63,870 bases of DNA, filler included, from Malassezia furfur (GCA_052055015.1; 49 parts of 49 records of this genome joined end to end with filler, not necessarily neighbours in it), one strand, 5' to 3'. Positions 24,354-36,646 are shown, counted from the first letter of the whole stretch. Notes: generated from the sequence alone by a model not told the origin. Program-made: numbers and translations.

Positions 24354-25254
24354 ATGGACTCGGAAAACACGCCGCTCACGCCGCGTGTGCCGCGGCACGC
24401 CAAGGTGCAGCGCACGCTGTCGCCCAAGCGCGTCGCACGCACCTACACCACGCACGAGCGCCGCATCCCCTTTGCGCCCCTCAACCAAAACGACCCGCTC
24501 GCCGCCCAGCTCGGCGCCCTCTCGCTCCAGCCGGCGCGCTCCGAGCGCCCACGCTTCCTGCGCTGGGTGCCGAAACGCGTCGCCTCAGGCCTGCGCCGGC
24601 GCTCGTCGGCATCGGCCCACGCCCCTGCGCCCGCCGCGCCGCGAAGCACGACGCGGCGCCTCACGCCGGCGCTCGCCGTGCACCGACTGCGCGCCGCATC
24701 CGCCGCACACCTGCCGGTCGACTCGGTGCGCCAGGTGCGCGCGGCGCTCGCCACCGAAAACGACGTGTGGATCCACGCATTCGTGTCGGACGGCGGGTAC
24801 GCGGCGATCCTCGACCGGCTGCGCGAGGTGCTCGCGATGGAATGGCGCGAGGAGCAGCACGACGACCAGCTCCTCGACGAGCTCGTACGTAGCGTCGTCG
24901 CCCTCGGCACGCACCCACTCGGCATCGCGGCGATCGCACAGCACGCGCCGGCGCCGTTTGATGCGCTCGGCACGCTGCTCTTCTCGCCGAAACGCCCGGC
25001 GGACCTCGAGACACGCCGGCGCATCGTGCAGCTCTGGACGCTCGGCACGCAGCTCGACATACCCTTGCCCAGCACGGCGCACGCGCCGAGCGCTGAGCGC
25101 GCGCGCACATGCACGCCGAGCGGCGTGCCGTACGTGCTGCAGCTCCTGCACGTCGCGCCGCCCGCCTCGGACACGATCGAGCTCGTGCCGCGCAAGGCGC
25201 GCCCGATGCGCCCGTACGTCGCCGAGCTGCAGACGCTCTGTGCCGAGTTCTTCT
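24354..25254 (+). CDS. Formin-type GTPase-binding (GBD) domain protein, Rid1-like
   Basis: LATENDVWIHAFVSDGGYAAILDRLREVLAMEWREEQHDDQLLDELVR. Confidence 0.65.
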
Positions 25255-25394
25255 NNNNNNNNNNNNNNNNNNNNNNNNNNNNNNNNNNNNNNNNNNNNTT
25301 AATTAATTAANNNNNNNNNNNNNNNNNNNNNNNNNNNNNNNNNNNNNNNNNNNNGGGTCGTGGGTTCCTGTGTGACACTTCCATTGTAGCGAAG

Positions 25395-26564
25395 ATGACC
25401 GACTCGAACGCTCCCAAAGCTGTGTACGTACTAGCGCTGTGTTTGAACTTGGCTAACACAAAAACAGTGCTGACATCGGCCTGATCGGTTTGTATTGCGT
25501 CTGCGTGCCTGACTAACCCCCCAGGCCTGGCTGTCATGGGCCAGAACCTGATTCTGAACATGAACGGTACGTTCCCGAGTCCCGCTCACACACAGACAAG
25601 GGCTATACGGTGGCGGCCTACAACCGTACTACCTCCAAGGTGGACCACTTCCTCGAGAACGAGGCTAAGGGCACCAAGGTGGTCGGTGCGCACTCCATCC
25701 AGGAGTTTGTGAGCCTGCTCAAGCGCCCCCGCAAGATTATTCTGCTGGTCAAGGCCGGTCCTGCTGTGGACTCGTTCATCCAGCAGCTCGAGCCGTACCT
25801 TGAGAAGGGTGACATTGTCATTGACGGTGGTAACTCGCACTTCCCCGACTCGGAGCGCCGCACCAAGGAGCTGGAGTCCAAGGGTCTCCTGTTCGTCGGC
25901 AGCGGTGTGTCGGGTGGTGAAGAGGGTGCGCGCCACGGCCCCTCGCTGATGCCCGGTGGTAGCGCCGCGGCGTGGCCCGAGATCAAGGAGATCTTCCAGA
26001 AGACGGCCGCGCAGAGCGACGGTGAGCCGTGCTGTGACTGGGTCGGCGACGGCGGTGCCGGCCACTACGTCAAGATGGTGCACAACGGTATTGAGTACGG
26101 CGACATGCAGCTCATTGCCGAAGCGTACTCGATTCTCAAGCTCGGTCTCGGTCTCGAGGAGCAGGAGATCTCGGACATCTTTGGCGAGTGGAACAAGGGT
26201 GTGCTTGACTCGTTCCTGATCGAGATCACGCGCGATGTGCTTGCCTACAAGGACGCGGACGGCAAGCCCATGGTGCCCAAGATCCTCGACAGTGCCGGCC
26301 AGAAGGGTACCGGCAAGTGGACTGCGATCAACGCGCTCGACCTCGGCCAGCCCGTGACGCTGATCGCCGAGGCGGTGTTTGCGCGCTGCCTGTCGTCGCT
26401 CAAGGGTGAGCGTGGTCGTGCCTCCAAGATCCTTTCGGGCCCCAAGATCAAGCCGTTCGAGGGCGACAAGAAGCAGTTCATCAAGGACCTCGAGCAGACG
26501 CTGTACGCTAGCAAGATTGTGTCGTACGCGCAGGGCTTCATGCTGATGCGCGAGGCGGCCAAGG
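25395..26564 (+). CDS. GND1: 6-phosphogluconate dehydrogenase; introns 25424-25467, 25488-25524, 25567-25595
   Basis: Spliced [56 protein letters not shown]. Confidence 0.98.
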
Positions 26565-26664
26565 NNNNNNNNNNNNNNNNNNNNNNNNNNNNNNNNNNNN
26601 NNNNNNNNTTAATTAATTAANNNNNNNNNNNNNNNNNNNNNNNNNNNNNNNNNNNNNNNNNNNN

Positions 26665-27872
26665 GATGCCCCACCCGCCCCGCCGCCGTCGTCCAGCAGC
26701 ATCACCGTTCCCCTCCGTGCCATGTACATTGGCGAGTGGTACGCACGCGACGACCGCCTCGAGCTCGTGTCGTTCCCGACGCACTTTGCCGTGATGCTCG
26801 GCGCACGCGAGTGTGCCAAGGTTGCGCTCCGCGACGTGTTCAACTGGACGATCGGCGGCGAGACCCACCGCCTGTTTGTGCTGGTTGTGAAGCGCGCGAG
26901 TGCGCGCGCCTTGCTGCAGCTCGCGCCAGACCCCTCGCTGCCGCCCGGGCGCGTACAGGTGTATTTCTGGGCGGCGGCGGATACCGCAGCGCACACCAGC
27001 GCATGGGACGCGCTCGTGCAACGTGTGAGGCACACCGATGTACGGCGCGCGCAGCTCCTGCCCGAAGCCGGCGCCGCGAGTTTGGCCGCACGGCTCGAGG
27101 AGGCGGCGCGGCATCCGATGCGCCTCCCAGATGCGCAGGGCACACAGGATGCCCACGGCACACAAAAGGCTGCGGCGGCACCGGCAGAGAGGGATGCGTC
27201 GGCGGCGACTCCTGCAGCCGCGCCGCCGGCCCACGATGCGCCTGTCGCCTCCTCCCCCGCGAGAGCCTCGAGTGCGTCGGCGCGCGCATCGAGCCCAGTG
27301 TCGGACTCCTCGGACGCGTCCGTCGAGCTCGGCACACGCACGCCGCGGCGCAGTGCACGCCACCAGCCCACGAGCGACGACAGCAAACCCATCCTGCGAT
27401 ACCCCCCCTCTGGGCGGTACGCCGTGACGCTGCTCTCGTCCGACGTGCGGCGCCTGGACGAGGACGAGTATTTGAACGATACGGTGATCGAGTTTGGGCT
27501 GCGCTACTTCCTCGAGCAGATCCGCGTACGCGACGCGCGCCTCGCCGACCAGATCCACCTGTTCAACTCGTTCTTCTTCCAAAAGGTGACCGAGTTCCGT
27601 GACCGGAGCAAGTCGTACGAGCTTGTGCGCAAGTGGACCAAGGGGGTCGACATCTTTGCGAAGCGCTACCTGGTCGTGCCGATCAATGAGCACATGCACT
27701 GGTACCTCGCGATCGTCGTCAACCCCGCCGGCATCCTGCACGTGCGCGATCCACCGAGCGCGACGCGGCGCTCGGCACGCACGACGCCCGACGTGTCGCC
27801 GGCCACGAGCGAGGCCGAGTCGCACGCGACGCCGAGCCCCGCGAAGCGCGGAGGGCCGACCCGCATCGTGCC
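26665..27872 (+). CDS. ULP2: Ulp2/SENP6-type SUMO protease fragment
   Basis: EYLNDTVIEFGL, HLFNSFFF, VRKWTKGVDIF..RYLVVPINEHMHWYLAI. Confidence 0.85.
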
Positions 27873-27972
27873 NNNNNNNNNNNNNNNNNNNNNNNNNNNN
27901 NNNNNNNNNNNNNNNNTTAATTAATTAANNNNNNNNNNNNNNNNNNNNNNNNNNNNNNNNNNNNNNNNNNNN

Positions 27973-29179
27973 CGCGAGCGACCCCGAGGAGCGCGTGCGC
28001 GTAGCCGTCGCGCGCGGCGCACGCGCGCTCGACTACGAGACGCTGCGCCACCACGTGCCGCGCGTCGTCCTCGAGCAGCTCGCGCAGCGCGGCAAGGACA
28101 AGCGCGCGGCGGTGCGCGAGGCGGCGCTCGACGCGGTCGGCCACGCGTACGCGCTCGCGTACCCCGAGCTGCGCCGCGACCCCGGCGCGACCGAGCACTT
28201 CTCGTGGATCCCGCGCGCGGTGCTCCCGTGCGCGCTCGCCGGCACCGGCGACGTGGTGCACAGCGTCGCACAGACGCTCGACACGCACCTCGTGCCGTTC
28301 GACGAGCCGGCCGCGTACGCCGCGCGCCTCGTGTACGTCTACCGCACGCTCGACGACGAGGCACGCGCCGCGCTGTACTACTTTACGAACCTGCGCCTCG
28401 CGCGGCCCACGGCATGCGACGCGTTCCTCGCGGCGTGGGCCGACGGCGACGTGCGCGACGTCGTGCGCCCGGTGTGTGCGCTGCTGCGCACGGATGCGGC
28501 CGCGGACCTCGAGGCGCTCGGCGCGTGGCGCAGCGACGCCGCCCAGGCGCACGCACGCACCGCGTTCGACGCGCACACCAGCGCCGCCGACGCACACGCC
28601 GCGTGCGCCGCCGCGCTCGAGCTCGTGCGTGCGCACGACGCGGCGCTCGAGCCGACGTGCGCGGCCTTTTTGCGTGCGGGCTCGTACCCCGTGCTGAACA
28701 CCTCGCTCGTGCTCCCGCTGCTCGACGCGGGCGACGACGCGGCGCCGCTGCGCACGTACATCGCGCGCGATGCGCCCCAGCTCCTCGCGGCGCACGCATC
28801 GGCGCTCGCGGCGCGGACGCAGGCCGGGTCGGTCGCAGCGCTCGAGCTGCTCGCCGCGCTCGCCACGCACGCGCCCGTCGACGTGCCCGACGCGCTGCGC
28901 GACGCGCTGCGTGCGTGGTGCGACGACGAGCGCGACGCGTACGACCTGACGGCCACGCCGCTCGCCGCGCAGGTCCTGGCGTGCACGCACGACCCGGCGC
29001 TCACGCACGTCGTGCACGCCCTCGCGTCGCGCGCGGCGCTCGGCACCGTCGACGACCAGGCGGCCGCGTACGCGGCGCTCGGCGCGGTGGCCCCGTACGC
29101 GCCCGACGCCGTGGACATCGACACGCTCACCGAGCACATCACCGCGCTGCTGCGCGCGCCGTGGACGGCGCCGGACGCG
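27973..29179 (+). CDS. PDS5: Cohesin-associated Pds5 fragment
   Basis: DPEERVRVAV, LDYET, RGKDKRAAVREAAL, FSWIP. Confidence 0.8.
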
Positions 29180-29279
29180 NNNNNNNNNNNNNNNNNNNNN
29201 NNNNNNNNNNNNNNNNNNNNNNNTTAATTAATTAANNNNNNNNNNNNNNNNNNNNNNNNNNNNNNNNNNNNNNNNNNNN

Positions 29280-30484
29280 GCGCCATGGCGTCGAGCGCGG
29301 TGCGGTCGTCGGCGGCGAGCGACGGCAGCGGCGTGAGGAGCGGCGCGACGAGCTGCGTCGCGCGCGCCGTGTTCCAGAAGCCGCCCTCGTCGACCTCGGC
29401 GCTGCGCGTGAGCGCACGCACAACCGCGTACCACAGCGGCGTCGGCGGCGTGTCGTGTGCGAGCAGCTGGCGCGCGTGGTCGTACACCACGGTGACGTAC
29501 GACGTCACCATGCCACGCAGGCGCTCGAGGAGCTGTGCGACGAGCGCGTACAGCACGAGCGCGCGTGCATACGTTGCGCCCGCGTCCGGTGCGCCGTCGT
29601 CCGCGTCGAGCAGGTCGACGGCGGCCCAGTCGTAGGTGCGCAGGAAGAGCGGGCGGAACTGCGACTCGCTGAGCTTGAGCGCGAGCGCGAGGTACACCTC
29701 GATCGCGCGTGCGGGCGCAGCCTGGAGCTCGGCGCCGGCGCCCGCGTCCTGCTGCAAGGCCATCGCCTGCAGCAGGAAGCGGAACAGCGGCTTGTAGTGC
29801 GCGCCGACCGCCGCGCGGTCCAAGCCGCGCACGCCGAGGTGCAGCAGGTGGAGGAGCGGCGCGGCGTCCACGTGGCCCCACACGCGCGTGAGCGCCTCGA
29901 GGAGCGTCGCGAACGGCATGCGCTTCACCACGGCGTCCTGCAGGACGCGGTGTGCGGCGCGCACGCCGGGTGCGCGTGTGCGCTGCAGCTCCAGGACGTG
30001 CGCGTTGCACAGCACGCTGACCGCGCGCTCGACGTACGCGTGCAGGAACTGCGGCAGCGCACGGAAGAGCGCGGCGAGGAGCACGAGGCCTGCGGCGACG
30101 TGCGCGGCGTCCTCGGCGAGGGCGGCGTCGCACGCGGCGGTCGCGAGGGCGTTGAGGTGCGCGAGAGCCTTGACGCCCGTGTGCGCGACGAGGCGCGCGA
30201 GCAGCGCGAGCACTGCGGGCGCGTCGCTGTCCGGCGCGGCGAGGAGCGGCGGGAGGAGCGCGGCGAGGCGTGCCGTGTCGCTGTGTGCGTGTACGGCATC
30301 GACGCTGCGCTGCAGCGCGGCGAGGGCGTCGGTGCCGAGCGGCGTGCCGCGGTGCTGCGTCCAGACGTGGAGGAGCGCGTCGTGGACGTCGTCGACGCCG
30401 TCGGCGATGTCGCGTACCGCGAGCCACGCGAGCCCCTCGCGCTGGAGCTCGGCGCGCGGTGTTCCCCGCACGAAAGGCGCGCGA
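29280..30484 (-). CDS. UTP10: U3 snoRNA-associated Utp10/HEATR1 fragment (BP28CT)
   Basis: LALKLSESQFRPLFLRTYDWA signature. Confidence 0.85.
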
Positions 30485-30637
30485 NNNNNNNNNNNNNNNN
30501 NNNNNNNNNNNNNNNNNNNNNNNNNNNNTTAATTAATTAANNNNNNNNNNNNNNNNNNNNNNNNNNNNNNNNNNNNNNNNNNNNACCTCGACGCGCCTCC
30601 GCCCCTCCACCCCTGCACCCCCGCGTCGCGCTCGACG

Positions 30638-31787
30638 ATGCGCGCCGCCGACGCCGCATCGCGCGCGCACGGCTCGGGCGCTACGCGCGGCACAGGCGCG
30701 ACCCCCGTCATCGAGGCACGCATACGGCACGTCGTCGTCGGCGCCGGCGCTACGCCGCCCGATGCCGTCGCCAGCCTCGTCGACGACGCCGTTGGCACCT
30801 ACGGCGTCGCCCAAGCGCAGCATATGCTGCTCACGACCGCGGCGCTGTGCGTCAAGGAAGCGCGCGCCGCTCCAAATACCCGTGCACAGGCGGCACCCGA
30901 CGTGCGCGCGCGCGCCCTCGTCGTCGTCCATAGCGTCGTGTGCCGCCGTAACGAGGCGCTGGCGCCCGCGGCGGTCGCGCCGGCCGTGTCGCTCGTGGTC
31001 GACGGCACGACGTTCGACCATGTGCCGACGGTGCGCATGGCGCTTGCGTGCGTCGCAGTCCTTGCACAGCGCAACGCCAAGGACCTCGTAGCGTACTGGC
31101 CGGCGCTGCTTGCGCCCGAGTCGCCGGCACTCACGGCGTGCCTCGCCGGCGAGGTGTGCGCCGACGCCGCCGACGCGCTTGCGGCCATCTTCACACACGG
31201 CCAAGGCTTCTGGGCCATGGCCCGCGATACGTACGTGGCCCGCTGACGCAGCACGCGACCGCATGCCGCCTTCCAAACGCACTCGGAGCGCCTCGCACGC
31301 ATGCTCGACGACGTGCGCACGCGCCTTGCGCGCCTGCTGTGCGCCGGCGCGGGCGCCGACGACGACGTCGTGCCGCTGCTGCGCCTCGTGGGCGTCCTAC
31401 TCGATACCACCGGGCGCGTGCCCCTGTCGACCCCGCACGCCGACGTGCTGTGGGGCCCCGTAGCGCAGTGTGCCGAGCACCGGTCGCGCGACACGTTCCT
31501 CGCCGCATACGACGCGCTCGCGGGGATGCAGCCCGCCACAGACGCGTACGCGGCAGCGAGCGCGCGCGCCGTCGCCGACCTGCTCGCGGCCCTCGAGGCG
31601 CGCGACACACCGCCCGACACGGCGGCACACGCATGGCGCCTGCTCGCGCGCTTTGTTGCGCGCATGGACGTGCCGGTGCCCGCGCCGCTGCTCGACAGGC
31701 TGTCGTGTGACCTGCGCGACGCGCCCGAGGCCGCACGCCGCGGCGCCGTCGAGATGCTTGCAGCGCTCGCGCGGCGCGACCGGGGCG
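30638..31787 (+). CDS. HEATR6-like ARM/HEAT protein; stop-containing 21-nt intron 31231-31251
   Basis: KDLVAYWPALL...FWAMARD|TTRPHAAFQTHSERLARML; flanking ORFs are in the same frame across the intron's TGA. Confidence 0.6.
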
Positions 31788-31887
31788 NNNNNNNNNNNNN
31801 NNNNNNNNNNNNNNNNNNNNNNNNNNNNNNNTTAATTAATTAANNNNNNNNNNNNNNNNNNNNNNNNNNNNNNNNNNNNNNNNNNNN

Positions 31888-33090
31888 CGAGCGAGCTGCA
31901 GGCACTGCTCGAGCAGCGCCTCCCGCAGCTCCGTGCGTGCGGCGCCGCGCTGCCGAACCGCAGCGCCGGTGCGCGCGCCGCGCTCGACAAGGACACGGTG
32001 CGTGTGCGTGGCGTGGACGTGCGCGTCGACGACGTGCAGCGCGAGCTCGCGCGCGCGATCAGCGACCGCTTCGACGTCGACGAGTGCGAGGCGCTTGCGC
32101 TGCTGCGCACGTTTCTCGAGAGCGAGCACCGCGCGCTCGATACGCTGGGCACCGCGCGCGGCGCAGACGGCGCGTTTACCGAGTTTCTGGATGCGTTCAC
32201 CGTGTTCTTCTTCGAGGAGCAGCTCGCGGTGATCCGGTGCATCAGCGCGCTGCTGCGCATCTCCGAAGACGCACAGAACGAGCTGTACGCAATGGCGCAC
32301 GCGGTGCTCGACCAGTTTGCCGACGCGTCGTTCGCGACGCAGGTGCTTGCGTGGTTCGAGCGCGAGACGCAGGAGGCACTGCCCCCCGCGATCCGCAACG
32401 ACGTGCGGTATACGCTGCTGTGGGCGCGGCAGGGCCTGTGCAAGCAGCTGGCGCTGCTCGAAGTCGTCTTTCTGCTGTACTATGGCCGGCTGCAGCCCAC
32501 GGCCGCGTTCACGCTCGCGGCGCTGCGCGCGATCCAGCGCACGCAGTTCGGCCAGCGCCAGGCGAACGCCGGCTTCCTCGACGTGCCGTCGTCGGTGCTG
32601 GTCGAGTGCGTCGCGCACCTGCTCCTCTTCCTGGCGATCGAGTGCCTGAACCTGGAGGCGGCGCTCGAGCCGCTCGACGGCGTGCCGCATGCCGACGACG
32701 CGGCGCTCGCGCCGCTCGTCGCCGAGCCCGATGCGGTGGAGGGCGCTCTGGAGGTGCTGGACGGCGCGGCGTCGCTCGTGTACTATGCGCCGCTGCTGCT
32801 CGGCTATGCACTGCTGCTGCGGCGCCTCGACGAGCGCCTCGAGGCCGCGCCCGACGCGCGTCTCGCCGAGGTCGTCGCCGTGCACGACGGCGGCGCACCG
32901 ATGTGGCGCCGCCTTGCGCAGGGCGCGCTCGACCCGTCGATGGACCTGTTTGGCGTGCTGCATGCGCTGCTCGCCTCGCCGCTGTTGGGCGGCACGGACA
33001 GCGCGGTGCTGGGCGCGTCCGACCTGTCGGCGCTGGCGTACCGCGCCGTGTTCAAGGGGCTGCTGCTCAGCCTCACCGAGCTGGTGCAGC
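31888..33090 (+). CDS. NUP188: Nucleoporin Nup188 N-terminal fragment
   Basis: AISDRFDVDECEALALLRTF, FFFEEQLAVIR, WARQGLCKQLALLEVVFLLYY. Confidence 0.7.
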
Positions 33091-33190
33091 NNNNNNNNNN
33101 NNNNNNNNNNNNNNNNNNNNNNNNNNNNNNNNNNTTAATTAATTAANNNNNNNNNNNNNNNNNNNNNNNNNNNNNNNNNNNNNNNNNNNN

Positions 33191-34392
33191 CGCGGAGCCG
33201 GCGGCGCTCGGCGCGCGGCTCGTGGACCTCGTATATACCCTGCTGGAGCGCGGCGAGCCGGCGTCGCACGCCGCGCGCGTGCGCCTCGCGCTGCTGTGGC
33301 TGCGTGTCGAGCTCGCGTTCCGCGTGCATGCGCTGGCGCCCGAGCCCGGCACGGACGCGGCCGTGCTCGAAGCCGCGCAGCCGCTCGTCGTGCACCTGCT
33401 CGCTGCCGGCGTGCACCGCGTGATGGCGCACATCGCCGCGGCGCCGGCGGATGGCATCGACGACGTGCCTGCCGCGCTGTGGGTCGCGCTCGTGCATGTG
33501 CTCGACGCGGTCGGCCACGCGTTCTACGACGTGCTCGACACCGCGCTCGACGACTGGCACGCGGCGTCGCCCGCGGCGCCCGTCGTGTGGGCGGAGCGCG
33601 TGTGGTACCTCGTGCTCGCGACGAGCGTCGTCGCGCGCTTCGGCGCGGCCGCCGGCGTCGTACGTAGTGCGCCCGCGACGCCGCCACGCTGGGCGCTCGT
33701 GGCGCGTGCGCTGTCGCTGCGGCTGCGCTTCGACGCGCGCGCCGAGGCGGCGGCGCCGCGTGCGCTGCTCGCGCGGCGCGACGCGTACATCCGCGTGGTC
33801 GTGACGCGGTGCCTCGTGCTCGCCGAGCGCTTTGCGTGGCCGCTCGCGGACGCCGAGGCGGTGCTGGGCCGCGTGTTTGACGTGTTCAACACGCACCGCC
33901 TCGCGGACCTCCCGAGCGAGACGGACCACGACTTTGCGCCGTTCCTGCGCCGCTACGATGCCGCATGGCTGCACGCCGCGCCGGACGGCACGGCGTACGC
34001 GCGCTTCCTGCAGCTGCTCGGCCGCGCGGGCGACGCACGCCGCGCCGCGCGCCTCTTTTCGCGCATGACGCCGGTGCGGGTGATGCACTTTACGCGCGCG
34101 GCGGTGCCGACGCGCGCCGAGCGCGCCGTGCTGTTCAACCACTATTCGCTCGTGATGCTCTTCCTGTACCTTGTGCCCGACGGCGCCGTCCAGCGCGTGC
34201 GGCAGCTGCGCAGCTTCCTCGTGTTTGCCGACGCGGACGGCGCGAGCCAGGTGATGTGTGTGCGTGCGATGGTGTACTGTGCGACGCTCTTCCGGCACCA
34301 CGGCCTGCCGCTCGCGCCGGTCGCCGCGTGGTTCGTCGAGGTGTGCCGCGCGGCCGCCGCGCAGGTGCGTGCGCCGCTCGGCGACGACCGCG
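33191..34392 (+). CDS. Mms22/Mus7-like replication-repair protein fragment
   Basis: FDVFNTHRLADLPSE..DFAPFL, RLFSRMTPV, VLFNHYSL. Confidence 0.65.
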
Positions 34393-34492
34393 NNNNNNNN
34401 NNNNNNNNNNNNNNNNNNNNNNNNNNNNNNNNNNNNTTAATTAATTAANNNNNNNNNNNNNNNNNNNNNNNNNNNNNNNNNNNNNNNNNNNN

Positions 34493-35500
34493 CGCACGCT
34501 GCTTTTCCTGAGCGTGCGCGACTCGCTGGCGCCAGGGCATACGACGACGGCGCCGTTGCTCGGCGACGACGGCCCTGCGTCGCGCGGTGAGCGCGTCTAC
34601 TTTGACGCGGCGGGTGAGCTGCGCCCCCGCAGCGATGCCGTGTCACTCTCGATGCCGTCCAAGCTGCCTCCTGCGTGGATGGATGTGTCCGAGGAGGTGG
34701 ACGCGCTGCTCGAAAGCATGACGCCCAAGCTCGCCGAGCTCGACCGGCTGCATGCCAAGCATCTCCTGCCGAGCTTTGTGGACAAAACGGAGCAGGAGCG
34801 GCAGATTGAGTCGCTTACCTCCGAGATCACGTCCGACTTCCGGCGCGCGAGTCAGCACATTGCGCGGCTGGCGTCGCAGACGACGCAGGCCATGCGCGCA
34901 CAGACGCTGCAGGGCCACGAGATCACCGCGGCACGCAATGCGCAGACGGCTCTTGCGACGCGCGTGCAGCAGATGTCGTCGCTGTTTCGGCGGAAGCAGT
35001 CGCTGTACCTGCGGCGCCTGCAGGGCATGGAGGTGCAGGACGCGGAGAAGCGCGCGGTGGCCGACCCCCATGCGGCGAGTCTGCTGTCGAGCGAGATGGC
35101 ACAGGAGGATATGGAGCTCGTACGTGGCGCACTGACCCAGTCCAAAAAGCTGCAGAGCCAGTCGGGGCTACAGACCTCGCTTCTGCTCGACACCCAAGAC
35201 TCGGACCTGGCGGCGATCCAGGAGCGCGACCGCGAGATTACGCAGATTGCGCAGTCGATCAGCGAGCTTGCGCAGCTCTTCCAGGACCTGTCGGCGATGG
35301 TGATCGAGCAGGGCACGATGCTTGACCGCATCGACTACAACATCGATACCATGGCGACGAACATGCAGCAGTCTACAGTGCAGCTCACGCAGGCGATGCA
35401 CTACCAGGCCGGCTCGGGCCGGCGGCAGCTCATGCTGCTGCTCGTGCTCTGCATTGCGCTCCTCGTCGCGCTGCTCATCATTCGGCCCTTCTTCCGATAG
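34493..35500 (+). CDS. TLG2: Syntaxin Tlg2/STX16; probable in-frame 21-nt intron 35120-35140
   Basis: LPPAWMD, LHAKHLLPSF, ERDREITQIAQSI...EQGTMLDRIDYN, C-terminal TM, TAG at 35498. Confidence 0.92.
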   Translation, partial: RTLLFLSVRDSLAPGHTTTAPLLGDDGPASRGERVYFDAAGELRPRSDAVSLSMPSKLPPAWMDVSEEVDALLESMTPKLAELDRLHAKHLLPSFVDKTEQERQIESLTSEITSDFRRASQHIARLASQTTQAMRAQTLQGHEITAARNAQTALATRVQQMSSLFRRKQSLYLRRLQGMEVQDAEKRAVADPHAASLLSSEMAQEDMELVRGALTQSKKLQSQSGLQTSLLLDTQDSDLAAIQERDREITQIAQSISELAQLFQDLSAMVIEQGTMLDRIDYNIDTMATNMQQSTVQLTQAMHYQAGSGRRQLMLLLVLCIALLVALLIIRPFFR

Positions 35501-35503
35501 CCT

Positions 35504-35693
35504 CTACCACTGTACAGCAAGTCCGTTGGTCTGCGGCGCGATGCCTTCGTACGTCGTGCGGAACGCGTGCGCGGTCGACACGCTTAGCGCCGCCTCCACG
35601 TCCTCGGCCGCGCGGTCGGCGTCGGCGAGCCACGTGTGCAGTGCGCCCTTGGCCGCCGCGTCGAGCACGCGCTGCGGGGCGGCGGCTTGCGCG
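35504..35693 (-). CDS. C-terminus of an unidentified convergent gene
   Basis: Open frame ...AFRTTYEGIAPQTNGLAVQW*, TAG at 35504-35506. Confidence 0.45.
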
Positions 35694-35793
35694 NNNNNNN
35701 NNNNNNNNNNNNNNNNNNNNNNNNNNNNNNNNNNNNNTTAATTAATTAANNNNNNNNNNNNNNNNNNNNNNNNNNNNNNNNNNNNNNNNNNNN

Positions 35794-36587
35794 ACGCTCG
35801 GCAGCAGCGCATGCCACACGGCCGCGAGCACGACGCGCACCTCGTGCTCGTCGCGCACACGCGCCTTGACCGAGTCGTACACGAGCGCCGCGACGTGCGC
35901 GTGCAGCGCATGCAGCGCACGCGTGTCCGGCAGCGTCGCGTCCGGCACGCGCGCCGCGTACGCCGCCGTGGTCGGCGCCGCGTCGTGCGCGAGCAGCGCG
36001 AGCATGTCGGCGCGCGCGAGGCGCGGGATGCGCACGGCGATCGGCGCCGCGGACACGGCGCGCCCGCCCACGTCGCGGAACGCCGACCAGGGGAGCGCCG
36101 ACACAAACACTATACACAGGCGGCCCTGGAGCGCGGCCATCTCGGCGAGGAGCGGCAGCGCGGTCCAGAGCGACTCAGGCCACAGGTCGCGCACCCGCTC
36201 CGCATCGTGCACCACGAGCACGAGGCGCTCGGTGCGCGCGAGGCGGCGCAGCGCTTGGAGGAAGGTATGCAGGTCGGTGCCGGGCTCGCCGCCGCCCAGC
36301 TGCCGCACGGCGTGGGCGAACGCGAGGCGCGGCGTGCACGCGGTGAGCGGCGAGACGTGGGCGACGCGCACGCCCCGGTGTGCGTGCACATGCGTGCGCA
36401 CGAGGCGCGCGGCCGTGGTGGGGCTGTGGGGCGCATGCACCAGCACGGCGGGCGGCAGCGGCGCGGTGTGTGTGTGTGCGCCGCGCGCGGGGCCGAGCAG
36501 CGCGGTGAGCGTGTGCATCGGCGGCGCCCACGCCGCGAGGTCCGGCAGCGTGTCGGGCACGCCGAGCGGCGCCGGCGCCTGCGCCAT
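35794..36587 (-). CDS. ORC5: Origin recognition complex subunit 5, 5' part
   Basis: TPRLAF, RLVLVVHDAERVRD, LPLLAEM...CIVFVSALPW. Confidence 0.7.
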
Positions 36588-36646
36588 GGTGCGGGTGAGA
36601 AGAAGACGTGCTACGATGTGGAGGTGCTATGGCCCCGTGCGCGCGC

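Noticed and set aside
31244..31246. TGA read-through or an alternative genetic code
   Set aside because: The TGA lies in a perfect micro-intron, and TGA is used as a normal stop elsewhere (for example 15598).
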